From Octopus bimaculoides (lineage: Eukaryota): a stretch of DNA of 49,468 bases. The notes beneath the pieces were generated by a model. That model was not told the DNA's origin. It made no database searches and worked only from the letters and a program-made list of their open reading frames with translations. Where the stretch lies: assembly GCF_001194135.2 (NCBI RefSeq), contig NC_068982.1, positions 108,489,040 through 108,538,507 of the forward strand, in the 5' to 3' direction. The position numbers and the translations under genes are program-made. Of this stretch, positions 36,300-48,171 are shown in pieces (position 1 is the stretch's first letter; the number at the start of each line of letters is the position of its first letter).

Positions 36300-37640
36300 A
36301 TTGGTCGGGCACAGCTTCTCTAGCACAACACATCACTGCAACTTGTGATCCCTTGTTATTTTCCTTGTGAGGTTCAGTATCCTGAGATCAGTTTTCACTA
36401 TCTTGTGTTTACTTTGATCTTCCTTGTCCACATGTTCCATCCATTTGGAGTGCTGAGCACTTCTTTTTGCAACTCACTGCCTCCATATGCATCACATGCC
36501 CATACCAGCACAGTTTTCTTCATTGCACACTACAACTGATTCTACTTATATTCAATTTTTTTCTCAGTTCATTTGTGCTTTGTTGTCATCCTACACATTA
36601 ATATGACACATCCAACACTCTTTACATATCCTCTGCATTCAGTGCCCACCTCTTTATACATCATTGTACTTTGTATACAGGCATCGTACAATCTGAGCAA
36701 GAAATCCTTTGCTGCCAGTCAAGGTAATAGCTCCCTGAATTTTTCCCATACTGTTCATAGAAACTATACATTTAGAGCACCCACAGCTACTGCTAATTAG
36801 GTCACCTACAGAATAAAAGCTATTAGCAGCTTCTTGGGAACTTTCCCAATAATTGAGGGAATTTATTTCATATGTACTATTACTGCTAACTACTGTGTAC
36901 GTCTGCCACATATGATGTCTATCTTTACTATAGACCTGCCAGTGGTCCTACTAAATCTCTTGTGTCCATTAATTACAGTGGGTATACCACATTGAATTCC
37001 TACTGGCTTCTTTCCTGCATATCAAGCACACCCATTTTTTCAATGGTAATAGAATCCTATCTTCTTTCTTGTTAATTAAAACTTTGGTCTTTGTTTTGTT
37101 TGCTTTAAGACTTCTCATTTTTAGGTTTTACTTTAAGTGTGGAAATTCCTCTGTAAATTGTTGGCTAATTTAGCTATATGAACATGATTATAGGCATACT
37201 GGAGTTATTTCAAACTCTAAGTATGACCAAGATCCCCATAATGAACAGAAGGGAGCTGAGAACTGAGCTCTGATGTACATTCCTCTGCGTGCTAAATTCT
37301 TCTCTAAACTCTTTAACTCTCACCTTGCTGACAGCATCTCTAGACATGTCGTGTATGGTTCTCACAAGCCATTCAGCTATCATTAATTTTCTTACTAACC
37401 ACCTGATTATAGAGCATAAAATCTTGTCAAAGGCTGTCTTCCAGGTCAACAAATGCATGTATAGTGGCCTACTTCTAGCTAAGTGCTTCTTCCATATTTT
37501 CACTAGGAAGTGGGCGAGAGCTTCTTTCCTGCATATCAAGCACACCCACTTTCCCAAAGTCTTCTTTGTTGTTAACTAAAACTTAGCCTTAAGATCTCTC
37601 ACTCTTAGGTCTTGCTTTAAGTGTGGAAATTCTGAGCACA
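36300..37640 (-). mobile_element. Decayed RTE LINE, RT core to C-terminus, with a duplicated internal segment
   Basis: KKHLARSRPLY..KTAFDK...EWLVR..SKVRV...VHQSSVLSSLLF (37210-37557) and NSFYSVGDLISSSCGCS (36654-36911). Confidence 0.85.
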
Positions 37641-38812
37641 AACTTGGACTGTGTCTTGTCTTGGTTAATTCTGTTCTTAATCAGTGCTGCTTGTAATTAG
37701 TCCTTCAGTAGGTTACATAACCTACTCCAGCAATCTGATGCTTCTGTAATTGCCTCTCTTCTAAATCATCTTCTTTGCCCTTTTAGCAGTTGATAGTGAC
37801 CACTACTTCCTGCCAGCCATTGGGTGTGACACTTCACTAATAATGCATATAACTAGTTCATTATCTATTCCACCATATTGTTTTGTTATGTTGCATTATT
37901 TATTAAAAGATCTTGACTCAAGGTTTATATGCTGTACTGTTGCATTGTAAAGTTTCTTTTTGCTGGATTATGAAATGTCTAGTTGGAAAAATATACAGAA
38001 CTGAACTTGAAACATTCGATGCAAGCAGATTTATTAAGGGCTTTCAAGAAAATTTTGTTACAGAATTCTATATGATGCCAATATTAATTTTACTACACAT
38101 TTGTGATGCTATATAAACAGATTTTTCTTAAATTTCTCTACTTTTGCTATCAATTTTAACACTTTATTTGTACTATCATTACAATATTTCTTTTTTTTTT
38201 TTAATCTGATAAAGCGGGAAAAAATCAATGAGTGTCACAAAAATAGTTTTTGGTGCATCGCAAGGGCACTTAATGATGATTTCATCTCCATTTTATTTAT
38301 TCCTGTATATTGATTATTTTGTTTATGGAAGCAGGAAGGTATAAGCCACTATTTGTAGCAGTTTTGACAGGGTACCATACTCTAATCTGATGTTCACATG
38401 TGTAGATGATTGGTTTATGTGAGCTTGCAAGCCATTTAATAAAATATCTTCAATAAAATGGGAGTTAGCAATGAGTTCAGTGAGGAATTTAGTATCAGGT
38501 GGAGCTCCTATCTGTGTTGATGATCTAGTTGACTCAAAGAATTAGAGAAGAAATTAAAAATGTGGATGTAAAGTACAGAATTAAATGGTCTCAAAGTAAA
38601 TTTTAATGATAAAAGTCCTTGGTAACAAGGAAGAAACCTGGATTCTACCACCATCAGAACTCAATATGCAGAAAAATAGTAGGTAGGAATTCCATATAGT
38701 ATACCCAGTGTAGATTATAGGAGCATGAGATATACTGGAATCATAGGCAGAGTGACAGAGTGGGAAGACTTCATTTATGGCAGATTCACAATAGCAATTA
38801 GCAGTAAGGGCA

Positions 38813-39620
38813 CATCATCACCATCAACTTTAGTCCATTCCCCATGATGGCATGGGTTGGACAGCTTGAGAGGAACTGGCAAGGCCAGGGGCACACCGGT
38901 TTCATACACTGTTTTGGCTTGGTTTCTATAGTTGGATGCCCTTCCTAATACCAACCACTTTACAGAGTGTGCTGGGTGCTTTTTATGTGGATGCTTTTTA
39001 CATAACACCATCAATTCTGTTATGATGAGCAGGTCTTCTTGAGTATAGCAATGTGCCACATATCTCGGTCCTCTGTCATCTCCTTTGTAAGGCTTAGTGT
39101 TTTGAGCCGGTCTTCAGTACTTTGTCCCAGGTCTTCCTGGGCCTCTCTTTTCCACAACTTCCCTCCACTTTAAGTGATTGACATTTCTTTATACAACTGT
39201 CCTCATCTATCTGCATCATGTGATCAAACCAGTGCAGTCTCTTCTCTTGCACACCACATAATTCCTCTTATGCCCAACTTCTCTCTGTCCTGTCACACAT
39301 GCTCAATAACATTACACATCCAGAAGAGCATACCAGGTTCATTCTTCTCTAGTCTTCAGATGTCGTCTGCATTCAGGGCCTATGTCTTACTACCATGCAG
39401 CATCACAGTTCATACACATGCATCACACAATCTTCCCTTCACTTGGAGAGGGGGGAGAGAGAAAGAGAGAGACATGGTTGCCAACAGAAGTAAAAACTCT
39501 GAACTTTCCCCATCCTATTCTTATTTTAGCAATTACACTTTATGTACAGCCTCCTCCACTAATAATTAGGTTACCTAGGTAGCAGAGATTATCTACAACT
39601 TTCAGAGAGCCACCTGTGGA
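38813..39620 (-). mobile_element. RTE LINE 3' ~800 bp, ORF end joined to long 3'UTR and tail
   Basis: - strand VVDNLCYLG..GGGC..RIGWGKF, RLEKNEPGMLFWMCNV, RPRKTWDKV, then cacccagcacactc..ccaacccatgcc..(gat)n. Links the tail-only copies to an RTE ORF. Confidence 0.85.
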
Positions 39621-39641
39621 ATAAATTCTTTTTAATACTTG

Positions 39642-40295
39642 TCAGGCTCCTTAGAAGTAGTTGATGCTTTTTGTTATCGTTCATAATGGATCCTCTGATA
39701 GCATATAGCTTGAATGAAAACAAGATGGAAACAGTTTAGGTATCCATTACTTCTGTCATCAGTTCAAGGATTTTGTCCGTGAGTGAAACATAGATTATAT
39801 GATGCTTGTATTTGATGCACAATGTTGCATGGTAGCCAAACATGATTACTGATTGTAGAGGATTTACAGAGTTTGGAGAGAAATGAAGTGAGCATGTTTT
39901 GCTGGAGGTGTACTGTTACTTTGCATAAAGAACAGAGTACAAATGAGCCAAGAGAAAAATTGGGTGCCTAATGAATTGATGTAAGAGAGATGATTGTGCT
40001 GGTAATTGGCATGTAATACATATAGCAGATGTCATATGAGTAAAGAACTGCTGAGTGATTTAAGTAGAAGGAACCTGTTGAAAAGGAAAATTGAGGAAGA
40101 AAAACATTGGAAGAAGTTTTGAAAGCTAATCTCAAGTGGCTGAACTTCACAAAGGAGATGACAGAGAATCACAACAAATGTTGTGATGCTATGTTAGAGA
40201 AGACTCTTCTAACCCATGCAAGCATGGAAAGCAAACATACTTAGATGCTCTCCATTCAACCCATGTAAGCATAAATAAGTGGACATTAAATGATA
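39642..40295 (+). mobile_element. RTE LINE 3' fragment with short 3'UTR
   Basis: GSLEVVDAFCY, RLYDAC..TMLHGS, LERNEVSMFCW..REKLG, then agaagac directly followed by aacccatgcaagcatgg. Confidence 0.75.
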
Positions 40296-43071
40296 AATAT
40301 GTTGGTGACGATGTCATTATCGTAAGTAAGCTATATTCTTAGAAAATGGGATGAGTTTTCATCACTATTTTCTGTTTTAATCCTGTTTGAATTTAAGGAT
40401 AGTAAATGTAGCATTAAAACTGCAAGATGGATGGAAGAAGGTAAGTTGTATGATGCTGTAAAGTCTGTAGAATTTTGTATACTGGAAAAGAATAAATTAA
40501 TTTATATCCCATTGAATCTGGTGTGTGAATTTAAGAGATAGATAAGTTATGACTTAATGGTTGGTTATAATTGACTATCAAAAATATTGTTTTTGCTATT
40601 ATATCCATGTTAAGAAAACAAGACCATATTTGTTGACTGTCTGAATTTGGTAGCAGAAGATACACAAAATAAATGTTGGTAAGCAAAATCTGGAAGGAAG
40701 TATAATGGACCTTAAAGGGTTTGTCAACAGAGGAAATGATACACAGTTATGTGGGAAGATCTGATTGAGTGGAATGTTTTAGCTTCAATAAAGTAATCAG
40801 AATGAAATGCTAATGAAGCAATGTCTATTAGAGGGTGGACTCCTACTACCCTACCTCCACAATTTCATTACATAAAGTTGATTTGAAGAGATTTGATATA
40901 AGGAGATTGCAAGTGTTGGATAGAAGTTTTGTTTTTAACTTTTCAAATAAGTAATACTTGCAAATTGTAGCATGTTTTGGGAGAAAGGAATACGATCAGT
41001 TATTTTTTTAGTAATTTTTCATCATTTTCATATTCTGTTTATCTTTAATCAAAATATACAATTTTACACAAAATATAAAAACAGCAGTCAGTAATAGTTA
41101 TTTATTAGTTCAGGAATGTTTATAGTTTGCATAGTTGAAAACATATTTGGATAACAAGTGGAACTTGTACAGTTTTTTTTGTTTTTTTTTGGAGGTCAGA
41201 CAATGTATCATCTGTATTGTTGTTCAGAAGCAAAACTGTTTAAAAAGAAGAATGAAAGCTTTAATTTTTGTATTCTGAACCTTTGACCTTGTAAAATCAC
41301 GATAAACACTGTTTTTTTTTTCTTTTTTAAAGAGACACACCAAAATTATTCAAAATGTTTGTCATTGTATAAGTATATGGTTGTTTAATTGCCATAACAT
41401 CTACTTGCTGCTGATTTTTTATCATGTTCATATTTACTACAGAATTGCTGATAACAAAATAAGTCAGTGTTGTATATTTGTAGCTTCTTTGGGAATACTA
41501 CTACATATAAGATGATTATCAACTTTATAGATACACACACTAGGTTTCACCTTCCATAATTGTGTTGTGTTTCTTACATTTTATGCACTAATGTAGACAA
41601 TGCTTATTGTTATTAATAATTTATGATTTTTAAGAATGTGTGTAGAGGAAGTGTCGGAGTGAGTGCGTTATCAGGTCACTGGTTTCTGAACAATGAATTC
41701 CTATCTTACTGTAGATATTTTGATGTGTCTGTGAGCAAGAACCTTTCATTTTTTTGCCTTTAGTTTTTCTAAATGGAGACTAGGTATTTGTTGTTTGGTC
41801 CCAGGTCAACTTTGATGAAACAAATCTATAATCAAAGGCATTTTTAGCATGACCACCTCATCTTTTTTAGGAGTTATGTAGGAGTACATTATATACTTGA
41901 GTTAAGTGATTCCAAGGAAAGTTGGCTGCTGTTTTTAACGTGTCAGGGACTAAATTAAAGTTCCCTCTTTGGCTCATGGAGAAGAGATAGACTAGGAAAA
42001 TTAACAAAGAGATTATTTATTAAGTTAATTTATTCAGTAAATATCTCAGTAGATAAGAAATCTTTTCTTCTTGCTTGATGGTTCAGCTTGTTGTTCTCAG
42101 CTTGTAAAGTAAGCTGGCAACTAAGTCTGTTTGTAAATTTGTCTTTTATAATTGAAAAAGCATGTATACATGTGTCTGTCATTTTTTCACACATTGGCAT
42201 GCCGAGTGATAAGATGTTTTGACTGGATTTTTTGTAGGAACTATTTCTGAAAAGCCTCAGGCCCTTCTAGGGAATGTTACCTAAGAAAGACTAGCATCCT
42301 ATCCTGAGTGACAAATCTCACTTGTCCAACGATAGTAAATCTAGAGATATGCATTAACCTTATTAAACCTTCAAGATATATTATGCTCATATTTTTGTGA
42401 TTTTAATTTCAAGTAAATATGAAGCTTAGATTTCAATAGGAATACTGGCTACAATATTGTAATCAGGTTCTTGATTTTATGAATTTAGCTCCCAGGTACA
42501 CCCCTCTCTTATTTCTGCATATTTCTGTGCATTTGCAAATCCTCTAGATTGGGAAGATTTACAAAGTTTTTTTTACATTGGTTAGTTTTGAAAAACATGT
42601 AAAATAAACAGTTGCAATCATGTTTGTGCATGCACTCAAAGCACAATCATTATGGTTTTAACTTTAGTTTTGCAAGTTTGTGTGAGTGTATGTAAGTGTG
42701 TCTATTTGCATATGTGTGTTAGAACTAATTAAAGACTTATTTGTAAGCTGACTGCTCTAACTGGCTGATATTTTGCACATTGCTTGACCCTTGTACCTTC
42801 TTTTAACTATCCAAAATATATTAATCACAAAGTCTTACTTGTACATAAACACTCATATATTTACAGTGCTTTCTCGTGGTTTAGCTAAAATATCAAAATA
42901 ATGTTGTAATGGAGATAAATATTAATATTAGACAATCACTTTTGTAATATTCTACAAGCATGGATAGTCAAATTAATAGAGCTTCTGTCAACCTCTCAGT
43001 ATGATTGAGGTTCATATTTTGGTATTGCCAATACAGTGTGACAGTGGCCATGACTCTTAACTTTGAAATTA

Positions 43072-43457
43072 CCTTTTTACCCGTTTCGGTCATTGGACTG
43101 CGGCCTTGCTGGGGCACTGCTTTAAAGGGTTTTAGCTGGACAAATCAATCCTAGTACTTACTTTTTTGAAACCTGGTACTTATTCTACTGGTCTCTTATG
43201 GTGAACTGTTAAGTTACAAGGATATAAACAGACACTGGTCGTCAAGTAGTGGTGAGGAGCAAGCACAAACATGCGTGCGCACACACACACAGATATGTAC
43301 ATATAAATATAGACACAATGAGCTTTTTTCAGTTTCCATCTTAGCAAATCCACTCACAAGGCTTTGCTCAACCTAGGACTGGTGCCACACAGTAGGATTG
43401 AAAACAGAACCATGTAGTTGGGGAGCAAACTTCTTACTACACAACCATACTGCACCT
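43072..43457 (-). mobile_element. tRNA-derived SINE family A, older copy
   Basis: Colinear with 27800-28190. Confidence 0.85.
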
Positions 43458-43776
43458 GCATATTTACACCTCTTCCTCATAGTTTTAGGGTATCTAACTC
43501 TAGGAGAGACGAAACAACTCAGTAAAATTTATAAGGGTTTTGTAGCTTTTCAGTGCTGAGTTATGAATAAAGTTTGAAGATGGTGCATGCCAAAGTGAAA
43601 CACATTGATTATACTATTTATTCAAAGATCATTAGTTAGTTATATGATTCAGTTAATATGTCCTGATATATTAACTGTGAAAAAAAAAAAAAAAAAGTGC
43701 CAGTTAAGCTACATGATGGTATAGATGACATTAGTAAAAGTTGTTCACCAAAACAATTTCATGGAATGGTCATATA

Positions 43777-44728
43777 TGCAAGGCATACAAAAACTATCCA
43801 ACTTTATTTTTTCTTGCCAAAACTAATGCCACATAGGGAAAATCCTTTAGGTGGTAGGTGATGCCACCCTTCCTGTGCATGTGTGAAAATTTTTGCACCA
43901 GTAGGCCATGTTAGTTCCCAGCCATTACATCTGGAGTACAGATGTGTACTGAGTGCTTGTTGGATTTTTGTTTTCACCAAATGCATTAAGCAGAGGTATT
44001 GCATCAAGTTTTGCAAAAAGCTTGATGGTACTCTTGCGCAAACCATTCAGAAGATTCAGCAGGCCTTTGGCAATGATGCCATGGGAAAAACTCAAATCAA
44101 GGAGTGGTACAGCTGCTTACCTCAGTGGAGACATGGCCACACCTCAGTGGAGAGCAAGGCCACACCTCAGCGGAGAGCAAGGCAAACTCAAGCGGGTCAT
44201 CTACAATCCAAATCGAGGAGCTGATTGAGAAGGTTTAACAAATAATGATCAAAGACCATTGTGTAACAATCCAGGAAATTGTTCATGAAGTGAGAATAAG
44301 CATAGGATCAGTGCACTCCATATAAACGGAAGATTTGTGCATGTGGAGAGTGTTAGCAAAATTCGTCCCCAAGGTGCTGGCAGAACAGCAGAAGCAACTC
44401 TGCATAGAAATTGCTCAGGACATCCTGGACTGTGCAAACCATGACCCAGACTTCATGAAGACTATCATCACTGATGATGAAACCTGGGTTATGGCTTCTA
44501 CTTGATGTGTTCGGTCATCTTGTGTGAAAACAAAAATCTGACGTGCATGCACTGCATATCCGTATTGTAAGGGTAACAGCCAAGGAACTGACACCACCTA
44601 CCAACATGAAAATTTTCATGCATGCACAGGAAGGGAGGCGTCCTCTCCCACCCAAACGATTTTGCCCATGCGGCATTAGTTTTGGTGGGAAAATATACAG
44701 TTGGATACTTTTTGAATGCACCTTGTTA
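43777..44728 (+). mobile_element. Non-autonomous mariner derivative: N-terminal transposase pseudogene between ~220-bp inverted arms
   Basis: QRYCIKFCKKL...IQQAFGNDAMGKTQIKEW, AKFVPKVL..Q..IAQDILDC...FMKTIITDDETWV (first catalytic D region); 44497-44728 is the reverse complement of 43777-~44000. Confidence 0.9.
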
Positions 44729-45362
44729 ATGCTTAAATTTACAGTTAAAATAAATTCATGTGATAGGCAAACATTTGAAGGAAAAATTTTTTCACAGTTA
44801 TGTGAAGCAAGGATTTTTGAATCTCTAAAATATATACAAATTTCTAGTCATGAATTCTAAATGGAAGATGAACACTAATGTGTAAGACTAAATGAATGCA
44901 CAAATCAAATTTAAGGCCAGCTAAAACTTTTTTTGTTAATTAGAATTTTCAATTGAGGAAAGTTGACAGTTTTTAATTTTATGTTAGATCTTTATGGCAG
45001 TAATCATAATACCCTTTGAACTTTGGAAATACAAATTTGCACTAGGCAACACTAGATTGAAGAGTCTATCAATAATTAACTACCATTTTATCTTTGACTG
45101 AGATTAATTAGACTTAAAATAATAATGTTATAAGAAACGTGTTAACTATTGCATGAATCTTGGCTACTGTAACAAATTACTTCTGAAACTAACAAACTTA
45201 ATCCCTTCACTGTTACTTACCCTCATCTCATTTTTCCTTTTTTTCTTTCTTTTTTTTTTAGAATTTAAAATTCTTTTTAAAGCATATATTTAAAATTTCA
45301 TATCATTTGTTTTTAATTTCACTTTTTATTAATTTTTTCCCCTTCTTTTTCTGGTACTGTAG

Positions 45363-45416
45363 GAACATGTGACAAACAGTCCGGATTTAGCATCCGGTAT
45401 CCAGCCATATATCCAT
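45363..45416 (+). CDS. Candidate 54-nt symmetric cassette exon of CERT (EHVTNSPDLASGIQPYIH)
   Basis: Pyrimidine tract ttttttccccttctttttctggtactgtag before it and donor cat|gtacgt after it. 18 open codons in phase 0, matching the phase-0 end of exon 34297-34413. No homology recognised. Confidence 0.5.
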
Positions 45417-45933
45417 GTACGTCAACCCTTCTTCCATCTCCATCAGCTTAGAAACTAACATGCTTATGCTTTGTTTCAAAATATTGCTGTCATTGATATT
45501 GCTTGGGATGCTTATCATTGAAATACCACTGCATTGCTGTCTAACATTTTAACACTGTTCTGTTAAGTTCTGTCTCACAAAAAATTTGTTGTAAAATGCA
45601 AATGTATTATAATTTATCTCTGCAAGTTCATTTATTTAAAAAATAATTTTTATGACAATTGACTGATAATTCTCTTTTTCATAGTTATTAGGTTTCCCTC
45701 ACTTGAGTCAATTTCATCTCTTCCACTGTTAATAAGTTAGTTAACTAAAGGCAAATTCTTTTATAGTAACTGCAAAATATATTGTGCAATTGCTATAAAA
45801 CAAACTTATTTTCAATATATTGCTTTGTTTCTTACTATCAAAAAACCTTGAACACATTTTTGTGTTTTACTTGTGCCATACCTCCTAATAAGTTGCACAG
45901 TAAAATTCCTGATAAACAAAACATGAACCTTTA

Positions 45934-46250
45934 AGCGCAGGAGCAACTATGTGATAAGTAGCTTGCTTACCAACCACATGGTTCCGGGTTCAGTCCCATT
46001 GCGTGGCACCTTGGGCAAGCGTCTTCTGCTATAGCCTCATACCAACTAAAGCCTTGTGAGTGAATTTGGTTGAAGGAAACTGAAAGAAGTCCGTCGTATA
46101 TATATGTGTGTGTGTCTGTTTGTCCCCCTACCATCGCTTGACAACTGATATTGGTGTGTTTACGACCTTGTCACTCAGCGGTTTGGCAAAAGAGATCGAT
46201 AAAATAAGTACTAGGCTTACAAAGAATAAGTCCTTGTGTCGATTTGTTTA
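45934..46250 (+). mobile_element. tRNA-derived SINE family A, 3'-truncated
   Basis: gcgcaggag head, ggttcagtcc B box, gggcaagcgtcttctgctatagcc body. Confidence 0.9.
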
Positions 46251-47273
46251 TAGTCTTCACAGTCTGGAAAACTCATTGCCTTATAACTTTTCAATAACAG
46301 TAAGATTTAAAAGAATAAAAGAACTATGTTCAACAATAACCCTTATCTTCAGTTAGATACTCTTATCTAACTTCAAATTTTAAAGAAAGCAAACATATTC
46401 TAAATTTTGTATAATCTACAATATAACAAAAATCATTTGTTTGTATCTATTTTCTTGTTAAATTAGACTATTGAACTTGTAGAATAGATTATGAATTCAA
46501 GTCACAAATCCTCGTCAACTGCACAACTCGCCTTATATACTCTTCTGCACATAACACAACTCTTCATTCTTTAAAATTAATATTTTATCTTCTACTAATA
46601 ACTATACTCTCACTCTGTATTCATTTCTTTCAACAACGAAGATTTTCTTTATAATCTTCAGTCTGGGAATCTCATTGCCTTATAACATTTCAATAACAGT
46701 AAGATTTAAAATGCTACTTATTTCTACCTGAAATCCCGTTTCTCACAGTAGCCAATTAGAAGATTACTTTTACTACACCTACTAGGGCTCATTGTCTCCG
46801 TTGGGTTTTTTTTTTTTTTTTGGAAGCTTCACACTTTTCATAATTCCAAAATAACATCAGGGATATAATTGCTTTACATTTTCATAATTGAAAAATACTT
46901 AGTATCCATCGTCTTGTTACATGACTCAAATTATCCTCACCAAGAATCTTTTTCTCGTATTTGGGCTGGCACACCACCTCCAGTTTGAATTATTTTACAT
47001 TATTCCTAGTTCTGTCTTTTATTGTTGTATTGAGCTCTGTTTTCAAATTTTTGATATATATTCTACCCCTGTCTAATGTCTACACCTTCATTTCAGTGAT
47101 CTCTACCTTCTGAAAATCCCCAACTAATATACAATATATAAACACAATAAACTAACTTCCATTACTTCACTCCCCATATTAACTGTAGCATGTCAGCTGT
47201 CTCTGAGCAGTGCCTCATCTTTAAATATACTCATATAAAAGTCAGCAGCAATTAAAATGTGATGTAGAATTTT

Positions 47274-47486
47274 AGAGGCATGGCTGTGTGGTTAAGAAGC
47301 TTGTTTTGCAACCATATGGTTTCAGGTTCAGTCCCACTACATGACACTTTGAGCAAGTGTCTTCAACTATAACTCCAAGCTGACCAATACCTTGTGAGTG
47401 AATTGTGTGTGTGTGTGTGTCTCTCACTCACTCTTTCTTTCTTTCTCTCTTTCTTTCTCTCTTTCTCTCTCTCTCGCTCGCTCGCT

Positions 47487-47527
<41 letters not shown>

Positions 47528-47540
47528 ACTATGTGTGTGC
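47274..47540 (+). mobile_element. SINE family A head running into a (TG)n/(CT)n/(CA)n microsatellite
   Basis: tggctgtgtggttaag A box, ggttcagtccc B box. Confidence 0.8.
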
Positions 47541-47789
47541 ACACGAAAGAAAGAGTGTATGTACATGAATGTTTATTTTCACATCTTTGCATGACATCAT
47601 TGGTGAAGTATCATGTTTACGTCTGTAAACAAATAGTTCTTGTAGTTTGTGTGGTTTCAATGTGTGATGGCCAGATGAATAAAAATATCTTACTTGAAAA
47701 ACATGTAAGGGTATCTGCCTCAATAAATTTTCTGGGTTCTTTTTCTTTCACTTGCTGAATCTGGAGGAAGGTGCAGACCCTCCTAGACC

Positions 47790-47945
47790 AGTGAAATTGA
47801 TACCATTGATGTTCCTCTTGAACTTTTGTAACTCAACACCTTTGGGCAAGATATGAACACAGAAGGATTTCCAGAGTACCGACATTCTGGAAAGGAAGGG
47901 CTGGACATAGGGATTAGGGCAGGGCCTGGAGTTGGACACAATGAA
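47790..47945 (-). mobile_element. LINE C-terminal remnant (CR1/L2/Jockey-like)
   Basis: YVQPFLSRMSVLWKSFCVHILPKGVELQKFKRNIN resembles the F..RT..LWNSLP..F....LQ.FK..IN end motif. Confidence 0.5.
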
Positions 47946-48171
47946 AGTGATGAGAGAAGTTAATGAGATGAGAATGCTTAAGTGGAAGTGGTATGAACCT
48001 CACCAGTTCTGAGGAGCAGAGGCCATTATAGTATCAATAGGGGGCACTTGCCTGTAGACCAGAGGCTGTAGCATATCTGTGAGCGATTTTAATCCATTGC
48101 TCATAATAAAGGAGTGTGTAGTGTGATATTTTCTTGATGTGAGTCACATTTGTATTTTCTTATTAAAATAA

